64,000 nucleotides of DNA from Candidatus Poribacteria bacterium. GTDB taxonomy: Bacteria; Poribacteria; WGA-4E; WGA-3G. Of the stretch, positions 49,037 through 57,802 are shown piece by piece. The stretch's first letter is position 1. The number at the start of each line of letters is the position of its first letter. The notes under the pieces were generated by a model, which did not search any database, had not been told where the DNA came from, and worked only from the letters and a program-made list of their open reading frames with translations. Both the position numbers and the translations under genes were made by a program. The stretch lies in contig CAXXLX010000001.1 in assembly GCA_963665235.2 (NCBI GenBank), positions 3,520,001 to 3,584,000 of the forward strand, written 5' to 3'.

Positions 49037-51388
49037 CTAGAATCTATTATCCAGACTTAGGCTTATATTGAAGCCTGGGGCGTTCACACCGGAGCCGTGC
49101 GACCGATATCGCCGATCGAGTAGGTTTTCGACGGCTAACATCAAGCGGGTGTAACCGAAGAGATTAATCCCACCGTGCACGTTGAGTGTCCACCATCCGG
49201 GGGTGCCAGCATCTATGGCAGCTCCGTTGGAGTCAAATTTCACTTCGGCTGGGTCGCGTGTTTTTCCCTGTATCCGTGGGTCGCGGATGTCGCTCCGGTT
49301 GAGTCGTCTCTGTGCTGCGGCAGCACGGACAAATAGCGTTGCCCAAAACGGTGTATCTTCGGGCTCCCACTGGACTCCGACAACCCCGTTCAATGGGGGT
49401 TCTCTACGCGTACGTGCTTCCCAAGGGTTCTCCGGATTAGGGGCGACCCCGTTAATTAATAAGACCTCGCCGCGCAGCAAGGCTGCGTTCCCGTAGACCG
49501 AAAAGGCGGAATCGAGCGGAATTAATCCGGATAGTTCAACCCCCTGGAATTGTGCCTGATCGACGTTGTCAAACACGAGTACGTCAATTCCTTCGTATTC
49601 ACTAATCAGGTCTTGATGGAGTTGTGGTATTTCTCCTGCTTCGTACGCCTCTTGTACAGGAATACGTGTAACTAGCCCGTTGACGCGGCTGTGGAATAGG
49701 GTGAGGGTGCCCCGGAAATGGGAGTGTCTCGCCTTAATGCCGCCCTCAATTGTCCATGAGGTTTCCGCTTCAAGGTCCGGACTGGGTGCTGTGACCCCTT
49801 CATTGGTGACCTCTACTGCTGTTGTATCGTTCAAGGAGGGGGCGCGGAAGGCTGTGGCGACACTACTTACAAAGTTCAGCGAATTTGTTAAGCCGATAAC
49901 GAGCCCCGCACTTCCGGTTAAACTGCTGTCAAATTCACTGAATTTATCAAAACTCTTATCTCGGAGGGAGAGGTCTGCCTGGGTTTGATACAACGTTGCA
50001 CGCCCGCCAAGGATGAGTTCAACGCGCTCATGTATCGTAATTTCATCCTGAATGTATAGACTTGCATCCCAGAATCGAGAACCGTTGATGAAACGTCCGA
50101 GGTTTTCGTCGATATCTGCTTTTCCTGTCTCAAGGTCTGTTTTGATGGTCTGACTCTGCAAAATATCTAGGTAAAATTCACCGCCGCTAGTGATGCGTTG
50201 ACGCGGGAGAGCAGTGCTAACGGTTTGTGCACTTAAACCGATAGTGTTTACCGTATCGTATCGGTGTCTACGAGAGGTGGCATCCCGTTTAATCTCATTG
50301 CGTCCCTCTTTTTGTCGGTGATAGGAGGCAGTGAGGCGGAATAGGTCAACGTTGCTGGTTTGAGGATGGAGAAGATAATCGAGGTAGAGGAGGTCTCGGT
50401 TTTGCGGGTCGAAATAGAATTCGTCAAACTCTTGAGGTGCGATTTTATCGTAGCGGGGGGTTTTCGGTTGTCGCCACATCTGATAAGCGACGTTTAGGGT
50501 GCTTGTATCGTTGAGTTGATAGGCGATTTTTGCATCGGCATCGTAGGCACGCCATCCAAGCGGGCCTTGGGTGTCAATAAGCCATTCATCCGGGATTTTA
50601 TCTTTTGACAATCCTCTCACTTCATCAGAGTCATAAAGTTTCACACCGGTTGGGATTTCAGTGACAATTTCAAATTTTCGGTTTTTATAGTGGTGGTCGT
50701 ATCCGTTGCCTGGGTTTATGTCGCCATAGAAGCGCATTCCGCCGCCGACACTGAATCCAAAGTCCCCCCGGTTGGCTGTTATCTCTAATCTACCGAGCCG
50801 TTCCTGGGTGGCAGTTGTGTAGCGTGCAAGGAAGCGTGGCTGGACTTCCCATGTTTCCTGGGATGGGTCAAGCGGTATCGACTTCGTAAAGAAACTGATA
50901 ACGCCTCCTATCGCGCCGCTGCCGTACAACATGGAACTGGAGCCGAGTAGTACCTCTGCTCTGCCTAGCGTTTCCGGGGCAATGGTTGCTGCGTATTGGT
51001 TCGGTCCTGAACGGAAGGTTGAATTATTGAGGCGGACCCAATCGACCTGTATCAATGTCTGGTAGCCTGTTAAACTTCGGAGCATGGGTGAGCCCTGTCC
51101 GACTGTCGTCTGTTGTGCTATAACGCCAACGACGTTGCGAAGTAGGTTGGAGGCGATATCCGCGTTACCCCGTTCAAGCTGCTTTAGATTGAGAACAGTG
51201 ATGCTGCTCGGGGTTTTAAAGATGTCTTTTTCGACACGGATGGCTGTCACTGTTACCGCTGGCAGTTCGAAAACTTTTTCGCTAGATATAATTTCATCGG
51301 CAGTATGACCCTCCGCGCTTGCGTAGTGGCTCCAACTTGCAAATAGTGCTAAACTTATGACCGAAAAAAGATAAATGGCCTTCTGCAT
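49037..51388 (-). CDS. TonB-dependent outer membrane receptor
   Basis: Signal peptide, VTVTA TonB box, plug domain, AFRAPSL, ENLLDRRY, terminal Phe. Confidence 0.93.
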   Translation of the reverse strand: MQKAIYLFSVISLALFASWSHYASAEGHTADEIISSEKVFELPAVTVTAIRVEKDIFKTPSSITVLNLKQLERGNADIASNLLRNVVGVIAQQTTVGQGSPMLRSLTGYQTLIQVDWVRLNNSTFRSGPNQYAATIAPETLGRAEVLLGSSSMLYGSGAIGGVISFFTKSIPLDPSQETWEVQPRFLARYTTATQERLGRLEITANRGDFGFSVGGGMRFYGDINPGNGYDHHYKNRKFEIVTEIPTGVKLYDSDEVRGLSKDKIPDEWLIDTQGPLGWRAYDADAKIAYQLNDTSTLNVAYQMWRQPKTPRYDKIAPQEFDEFYFDPQNRDLLYLDYLLHPQTSNVDLFRLTASYHRQKEGRNEIKRDATSRRHRYDTVNTIGLSAQTVSTALPRQRITSGGEFYLDILQSQTIKTDLETGKADIDENLGRFINGSRFWDASLYIQDEITIHERVELILGGRATLYQTQADLSLRDKSFDKFSEFDSSLTGSAGLVIGLTNSLNFVSSVATAFRAPSLNDTTAVEVTNEGVTAPSPDLEAETSWTIEGGIKARHSHFRGTLTLFHSRVNGLVTRIPVQEAYEAGEIPQLHQDLISEYEGIDVLVFDNVDQAQFQGVELSGLIPLDSAFSVYGNAALLRGEVLLINGVAPNPENPWEARTRREPPLNGVVGVQWEPEDTPFWATLFVRAAAAQRRLNRSDIRDPRIQGKTRDPAEVKFDSNGAAIDAGTPGWWTLNVHGGINLFGYTRLMLAVENLLDRRYRSHGSGVNAPGFNISLSLDNRF

Positions 51389-51455
51389 TTTAGATATTCT
51401 CCTCTGAATTTGATTTTACGGCAGGTGTTACTGCGTCATATTTATCTATTCTATA

Positions 51456-51471
51456 TGCAATTTGTGTGCCA
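51456..51471 (-). promoter_or_regulatory. sigma54 (-24/-12) promoter
   Basis: TGGCAC-ACAAA-TTGCA about 70 bp upstream of the receptor start. Confidence 0.8.
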
Positions 51472-51510
51472 ATAAATTTGTGGGGGAATTGGCAGGTTTT
51501 GCGCGAGATG

Positions 51511-51630
51511 TGTTCATTTTCTGGACAGTGAGATTCTTGAAATTGGCGATATGATGTCCACGAACCTTTACACTGTCTAATCTCAAGCCCTTATGTCACA
51601 ATTTGAACAACATTGTTCAGATTCTGGACA
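51511..51630. promoter_or_regulatory. Putative enhancer-binding-protein sites
   Basis: TGTTCATTTTCTGGACA (51511), TGTCACAATTTGAACA (51594) and TGTTCAGATTCTGGACA (51614): TGT-N10/11-ACA. Confidence 0.55.
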
Positions 51631-51736
51631 GCTGCTGTGCATTTTTGTATCCGTTCGCGGGAATGAAATTAATTCCTTGCTTTTTGTTGCATGTCTATGG
51701 TAACCTAAAGAGAAAAAGTTGAATGTGGGAGTATTT

Positions 51737-52738
51737 ATGGTTAAACAGAAATTAAATTTTGGATTTATCGGTTGTGGTGGCAATGCACGCGGTCATGGAC
51801 GTAGTGTTTCTAAGGCTGAGAACGTGGAAATTGTTGCCCTCGCCGATCCGAGTGAAAACGCTCTTAAAGCGTTCAAAGAGAACGTCGGTTTAGACGATTC
51901 AGTCCGGACCTACGCGGACCACGTTGAGATGCTATCGGCTGCGAAACCGGATGCAGTCGTCATTAGCTCACCGCACGGGCTCCATTTTGAGCATATAATG
52001 GCTGCGCTCGATGCTGGTTGTCACGTGCATACCGAAAAACCGATGGTCTGCACGGTGGACCACGCCAAACAGGTCATGGCGAAAGTGGAGGAGACCGGTC
52101 TACACCTGATGATCGGTTATCAACGGCATTTAAGCCCTACCTATCAATACTGCCGACAAGTAGTTCAGAGTGGTGAGCTCGGGCGCGTTAACTTCGTTGC
52201 TGCGCATCAATCGCAGAATTGGTACCGGAATCAGCAGGGAAAATGGCGGCAAGACCCGTTCCTCGGCGGTGGGGGACAACTGAACGACTCCGGTAGCCAT
52301 CTCATAGATATTCTGTTATGGGTGTTGGAAGCTAGCCCGGATACAGTGTTTGCGATGATAGATAACTTGGACATTGAGGTGGATGTGCTCACTGCAATGT
52401 CAATAAAATTTGATACGGGGGCTTTGTGCAACATCAGTATTGTTGGACACGCTCACGGGGGTGTGCAGGAAGATTTTTCTATCTGGATGGAGGACGGCGC
52501 GCTCTTTTTACGCGCCGGGCAGCTGTATCGTCAAGGACAAGGTGGTAAACCTGCCCCCGTTGATAGTGCTGAGCTGCCGAAAGGGGGCAATAAGGATGCC
52601 GCTTTCATTGAACTAATTCGGGGTGAACGGACAGAAAACCCAATCGGGGTGGAAAACGGTCTGCGCGTTATTCAATTGACAGAAGCCGCGTGGCAGTCTG
52701 CTGACCTCGGACGACCTGTTAAGGTTGATTTGAGCTAG
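51737..52738 (+). CDS. Gfo/Idh/MocA oxidoreductase
   Basis: GFIGCGG, EKPM and GGGQLNDSGSH motifs. Confidence 0.9.
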   Translation: MVKQKLNFGFIGCGGNARGHGRSVSKAENVEIVALADPSENALKAFKENVGLDDSVRTYADHVEMLSAAKPDAVVISSPHGLHFEHIMAALDAGCHVHTEKPMVCTVDHAKQVMAKVEETGLHLMIGYQRHLSPTYQYCRQVVQSGELGRVNFVAAHQSQNWYRNQQGKWRQDPFLGGGGQLNDSGSHLIDILLWVLEASPDTVFAMIDNLDIEVDVLTAMSIKFDTGALCNISIVGHAHGGVQEDFSIWMEDGALFLRAGQLYRQGQGGKPAPVDSAELPKGGNKDAAFIELIRGERTENPIGVENGLRVIQLTEAAWQSADLGRPVKVDLS

Positions 52739-52749
52739 TTTGTCCCTAT

Positions 52750-53081
52750 GAGTGCATAAAGTTTCTGTACTTATCAGGACTTACGCAAATTTAGCAGGAT
52801 GCTTGTAGGGGCGGGGTCTCCCCGCCCGCTAAGTACCCCTCTAAATCCCATTATCTATCGACTTTAGCAACGCGCTGCGTAAGTCCTACTTATGTTCCAT
52901 CTTTTTTGTCTGAATGCCCGTCGCATTTGGGCGAGTACGCCGCAAATCGCGGATTAGCGCGGAGAACGCGGAGAACGCGGAGTTTAAGAGACATAGTCTC
53001 TTTAGAACGGGATTGTGAGCTCTTAGGATATCGCGTGCGAAGCACGCTCCTACAGAAGAACGTACGAAAACTTTACACACC
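52750..53081. mobile_element. MITE family 4 containing a nested family 3 MITE
   Basis: Ends GAGTGCATAAAGTTT / AAACTTTACACACC; flanked by TGTCCCTAT direct repeat. Confidence 0.7.
52775..52888. mobile_element. MITE family 3 (114 bp)
   Basis: TIRs CAGGACTTACGCA / TGCGTAAGTCCTA; 5-bp duplication CTTAT. Confidence 0.85.
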
Positions 53082-53150
53082 TGTCCCTATCTTAAGAATT
53101 TGATAATTTTTAAAATTTGTGGTATATTTTGCAAAACTCTGGAATAGTTA

Positions 53151-53597
53151 TACCATTTTTATTAATTATTCTATCATTACCGGTTGTTAGAAATCAAACG
53201 GAGAACGGAAGACACAAACTAAAAGTTTATGCTACAATAAAGAGCACAAACTGGAAGTTTAGGCTACAATAAAGCACACAAACTGGAAGTTTATGCTACA
53301 ATAAAGCACACAAACTGGAAGTTTAGGCTACAATAAAGCACACAAACTGGAAGTTTAGGCTACAATAAAGCTACAATAAACACAAACTGGAAGTTTAGGC
53401 TACAATAAAGCACACAAACTGGAAGTTTATGCTACAATGGAGAACGGCACAAACTGGAAGTTTATGCTACAATAAAGCACACAAACTGGAAGTTTATGCT
53501 ACAATAAAGCACACAAACTGGAAGTTTAGGCTACAATAAAGCACACAAACTGGAAGTTTATGCTACGATAAAGAGACATTTTCAATTAAAAATGGTA
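53151..53597. mobile_element. MITE family 1, 11 units
   Basis: Family 1 ends; TTA duplication. Confidence 0.88.
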
Positions 53598-53654
53598 TTA
53601 GTAGGGACATGAGGGGAACAGCCGGTGAATGCGGGGCACCACGGGAGAATTTAA

Positions 53655-54416
53655 TTGCTTGATGTCCAAAATCTCTGTAAATCTTTTGACAAAAAATCGT
53701 TTCTGATGGAACTGACATTTCAGATGGCAGCCGGGGAGGTACTTTTTCTGGTCGGTGAAAACGGGGCTGGCAAAACGCTTCTGCTGAACATTTTGGCGAC
53801 CTTGGTTGAACCGACATCAGGCAGTGTCACTATTGATGGTATGGATGCCTTTTCAAACTTGAAACAGGTGCGGCCCTTGATAGGATATATTCCGAGTGGG
53901 TTTGATGGATACCCGGCTTTATCTGTCGTTGATTATCTCAATTTTTTCGCCGCTGCATACAAATTAGATAAGCAGGAACGTGCCGCTGCAATTGATGCTG
54001 TGCTGGAATTAATGGACATTGAGCAGCTCCGTGACATCAAAATCGGTATTTTGTCAACGGGAGAACGTCAAAGGCTCCTGTATGCGAAAACTTTTTTGCA
54101 CGAACCGATGTTATGGCTCATTGATGAACCGTTAGCAGCACTAGACCCGCGCGGGCAAATTGAGATGGTCGAGTTAATCGGTGAACTGAAGGCAATAGGA
54201 AAAACGATTGTAATTGCTACTAATCGTCTCGACGATGTACAAAAGTTGAATGCGGTTGCTTCTGAGGATAATCTTCTCGGTATTCTTCACGATGGACAGT
54301 TTGCGGTATTCAATACGTTTAGGCAGTTGGAACAGGAAATTAAAGATGCTAATCGTTCAGAAAGCCTTCCAGCGAATTGGTTGATTGAACGTTATTTGGA
54401 GGTTACAAATTTGTAA
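53655..54416 (+). CDS. ABC transporter ATP-binding protein
   Basis: GENGAGKT, LSTGERQR and IDEP motifs. Confidence 0.88.
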   Translation: MLDVQNLCKSFDKKSFLMELTFQMAAGEVLFLVGENGAGKTLLLNILATLVEPTSGSVTIDGMDAFSNLKQVRPLIGYIPSGFDGYPALSVVDYLNFFAAAYKLDKQERAAAIDAVLELMDIEQLRDIKIGILSTGERQRLLYAKTFLHEPMLWLIDEPLAALDPRGQIEMVELIGELKAIGKTIVIATNRLDDVQKLNAVASEDNLLGILHDGQFAVFNTFRQLEQEIKDANRSESLPANWLIERYLEVTNL

Positions 54417-55189
54417 TGGCTGATATTGGAAAATTTTTTCAGGAGAATGGATACTATTTCGCAAAAGGGGTCTATTCCCCCGAAGAGCTCAAATTAATGG
54501 AGCACGACTTCGATCGGGTGGTGGACCAATTGTTGAAAAGTGATGAGAACGTCAATGCACGTTGGGGCGGCAGATTGATGGATGCCCTTGATGGCGGGCA
54601 GTCTGTTATTATTCATACGCATAATATACAGAACTATTCTGCTGTGTGGATGCAGGCGTTTCTGCAAGAGAAATTTCTTGACGCAACGGAAGCTATCCTC
54701 GGTCCGGATATCATGCTTCACCATTCCAAACTTTTCTGTAAACCGCCGGAGGAGGGCTCCCCTTTCCCGATGCATCAGGACTGGCAGTATTTTCCATCCG
54801 TTAAAGACACGATGATGGCTGCTATCATCTATGTGTCGGATGCGACCGATGAGATGGGGTGTGTCCGCGTGTACCCCGGCTCTCATAAGGAGCTCGGGCG
54901 GACCGGTGGCATGATGGGTCGTGGACAGAACGAGGAAATTACGGAGCGGTACCCGATTGAGAAGGCAACCGTTTTAGAGGCGGAAGCGGGGGATGTGCTT
55001 TTCTTTAGCTATTTCACATTGCACGGCTCCATGCCGAACCGTTCTAACCGGACGCGAAAAAGTGTGCTCGTCCAAATGCATGCAGGTGATGATCAGATTG
55101 AGGCTGAAAATAGACACACTAATGTTCAGTTAGTCCTTCGGGGTTGGAATCATTTCGCAACCCGCTCTTCTGTCGGAAGCATTCGTTAA
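54416..55189 (+). CDS. Phytanoyl-CoA dioxygenase (PhyH) family protein
   Basis: HQD, PGSHK and HGSMPNRSNRTR motifs. Confidence 0.92.
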   Translation: MADIGKFFQENGYYFAKGVYSPEELKLMEHDFDRVVDQLLKSDENVNARWGGRLMDALDGGQSVIIHTHNIQNYSAVWMQAFLQEKFLDATEAILGPDIMLHHSKLFCKPPEEGSPFPMHQDWQYFPSVKDTMMAAIIYVSDATDEMGCVRVYPGSHKELGRTGGMMGRGQNEEITERYPIEKATVLEAEAGDVLFFSYFTLHGSMPNRSNRTRKSVLVQMHAGDDQIEAENRHTNVQLVLRGWNHFATRSSVGSIR

Positions 55190-55235
55190 GGATGCAATTG
55201 GGATATCACACTTGTAGGAACGAAGAAGCATGTTA

Positions 55236-55758
55236 TACCATTTTTATTAACAGGACTTACGCAAATTTAGCAGAAACCTCGTAGGGGCGGGGTCCCCCCG
55301 CCCGCTAGGTCTCGCTCTAGATCCCACTATCATTAGGGTTTATCAACGCGCTGCGTAAGTCCTGATTAATTATTCTATCATTACCGGTTGTTAGAAATGA
55401 AACGGAGAACGGAAGACACAAACTAAAAGTTTATGCTACAAGAAAGTGCACAAACTGGAAGTTTATGCTACAAGAAAGTGCACAAACTGGAAGTTTATGC
55501 TACAAGAAAGTGCACAAACTGGAAGTTTATGCTACAAGAAAGTGCACAAACTGGAAGTTTATGCTACAAGAAAGTGCACAAACTGGAAGTTTATGCTACA
55601 AGAAAGTGCACAAACTAAAAGTTTATGCTACAAGAAAGTGCACAAACTGGAAGTTTATGCTACAATAAAGAGCACAAACTAAAAGTTTATGCTACAATAA
55701 AGTGCACAAACTGGAAGTTTAGGCTACAATAAAGAGACATTTTCAATTAGAAATGGTA
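55236..55758. mobile_element. MITE family 1, 10 units, with a nested family 3 MITE
   Basis: Family 1 ends; TTA duplication at 55233-55235 and 55759-55761. Confidence 0.88.
55251..55364. mobile_element. MITE family 3 (114 bp), nested
   Basis: Perfect TIRs CAGGACTTACGCA / TGCGTAAGTCCTG; 5-bp duplication ATTAA. Confidence 0.88.
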
Positions 55759-55791
55759 TTAGTAGGTATCTCTTAGTCAGAGGGATTTAAG

Positions 55792-56088
55792 ATGGAAGAT
55801 CAAACAATTCTCAGCAAGGAACTTATCAAACAGAGGCTGATAGACAATCGAGAAACCTTGCGAAAATACGGTGTTAAACGGATCGGTTTGTTCGGCTCTT
55901 ACGTGCGAGGGACAGCAACTGCCGGAAGCGACATTGATTTCATCGTTGAGCTCGAAAGATTGACCCTTCGTGACTACATGGGATTAGCTCTTTTTCTCGA
56001 AGAGCTGTTTAAGAAGGAGGTTGATCTGGTTACTGCTACCTCTGTCAAACCCCGTCTAAAACCCTATATCGAAAAAGAGATAGAATAA
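55792..56088 (+). CDS. MntA-like minimal nucleotidyltransferase (antitoxin); last 5 codons cut off by a MITE
   Basis: GLFGSYVRG..SDID motif; native end YVKEY* lies beyond the MITE. Confidence 0.88.
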   Translation: MEDQTILSKELIKQRLIDNRETLRKYGVKRIGLFGSYVRGTATAGSDIDFIVELERLTLRDYMGLALFLEELFKKEVDLVTATSVKPRLKPYIEKEIE

Positions 56089-56239
56089 CCTAAGTTGCCA
56101 CATAGTAGCATAATCTTCCAGATTGTGCATATTTGTGTCCAAATTGGAAGTGAACAAGACAAATATTAGCTAATTATCAGCATATTTTCATTAAAGACGG
56201 TGTTTCCAAGTCTAAAAACTTATAAGTAGCAACTTGGGT
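56088..56239. mobile_element. MITE family 2 (inverted), single hairpin unit
   Basis: Reverse complement of the 13978-14330 backbone; TAGAATA duplication. Confidence 0.88.
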
Positions 56240-56262
56240 TAGAATATGTTAAGGAGTATTAA

Positions 56263-57258
56263 ATGATAAGAGTTGCAAAGATTAGTATGGCGCATGTCCA
56301 CGCAGGTGGGTATGCTCGACAGATTCACGAAAACCCCGAAACCGAATTGGTCGCCGTTTGGGACGAAGAGGAATATGGCGGTAGAAATGCCGCTGAACAG
56401 TATGATGTTCCGTTCTATACCGACCTCGATGAGATTCTCAGCCGTGACGATGTTGATGCGGTCGCTGTTGATGCGGTAACATCTGACCATCCGCGTGTGA
56501 TGATTGCTGCGGCAGAAGCAGGCAAACATATCTTCACGGAAAAAGCACTCGCTATTACGGTTGCAGAATGTGATCCAATTATTGAGGCGGTTGAAAAGGC
56601 AGGTGTCAAGTTCATGATTTCGCTGCCGTCACGAGCCAATTCTGAGATTCTGTTCGCGAAGAGGGCGATTGATGATGGTCTGCTCGGTGACATAACGTTC
56701 GGCAGGGGCAGAATCGCGCACTCCGCTGCACTAGATAGTTGGTTCAGTGGTACAAGCGCGTGGTTCGCAGACCCGGTCCGGGCTGGCGGCGGTGCCCTCT
56801 TCGACTTAGGGTGTCACCGTGTAGATGTGATTCGGTGGCTGATGGGTGAACCGAAGAGCGCGATTGCTAAGATTAACAACTTCACCGGCAACTTCCCAAT
56901 TGACGACAATAGCGTCTCCGTCGTGGAATTCGCGAACAAGGCACTCGGCGTAATTGATGTTGCATGGACACACCGCTCCGGTCCGAATATGCTTGAGATT
57001 TACGGTACGGAGGGCTCATTCGCTGCGGGGCACGGGGAGATGCATTTTCAAACCCGCAAACTCTCTGATGAAGAGAAGGCGAAATACGTTGCAGGCGCGC
57101 CTGCAGCACCACCGCCACCGATGCAGCAATGGATCAATGCCATCCTGCGTGATGAACCGACGACGATTACTATCCAGGATGGACGGAATCTCACAGAGTT
57201 GATGCAGGCATTCTATATGTCCTCCGAACAGGGGAAAGCGATAGAATTTCCGCTCTAA
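56263..57258 (+). CDS. Gfo/Idh/MocA oxidoreductase
   Basis: GKHIFTEK and GGGALFDLGCH motifs. Confidence 0.9.
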   Translation: MIRVAKISMAHVHAGGYARQIHENPETELVAVWDEEEYGGRNAAEQYDVPFYTDLDEILSRDDVDAVAVDAVTSDHPRVMIAAAEAGKHIFTEKALAITVAECDPIIEAVEKAGVKFMISLPSRANSEILFAKRAIDDGLLGDITFGRGRIAHSAALDSWFSGTSAWFADPVRAGGGALFDLGCHRVDVIRWLMGEPKSAIAKINNFTGNFPIDDNSVSVVEFANKALGVIDVAWTHRSGPNMLEIYGTEGSFAAGHGEMHFQTRKLSDEEKAKYVAGAPAAPPPPMQQWINAILRDEPTTITIQDGRNLTELMQAFYMSSEQGKAIEFPL

Positions 57259-57342
57259 AATTTTTGTGTTGGTGCCGAATCATGCAGGACACCACACGCG
57301 TCCTTGGCATTGATTTGGCACTTTGTCCACAGGAAAGAAGGG

Positions 57343-57537
57343 ATGACAAAAAATAAAGACGAACACGTTACCAGTATATCTAAGGCACAAACTCTGGAGG
57401 AGATAGCCGACTACTGGGACACACATAGCTTGGCTGACCACTGGGATGAAACCCATGAAGTCAATTTTGAGGTTCGGATGCAGCGAAAGTGTCGTGTAAC
57501 GCTTACCCCAGAGATTTATGGGAAAATTGGCGAATAG
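57343..57537 (+). CDS. CopG/BrnA-like antitoxin, probably C-terminally truncated
   Basis: TLEEIADYWDTHSLADHWD motif; stop lies inside a heptamer repeat element. Confidence 0.6.
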   Translation: MTKNKDEHVTSISKAQTLEEIADYWDTHSLADHWDETHEVNFEVRMQRKCRVTLTPEIYGKIGE

Positions 57538-57802
57538 CGATTGGCGATTAGCAATTGGCAAGAGAAGAAAGAAAAGAGGGAGAGGTTTTGACGCGCGACA
57601 TAAACCTGCTTAGAATCTGAAACTCTTGCTATAGGTTTCCAACGGTTTCCAATATTCTATAAACATACCGCCCATATTGGGCTAAGAGGGGGATGACACC
57701 TGGGTCTATAAACGTACCGTTCTTGAGGAGCGGGGAACCGTTTTCCCAAATACTAGAGGAAAACTTTTTCCAAACTCACGCTAAACCAAATTGAGGGATA
57801 TC

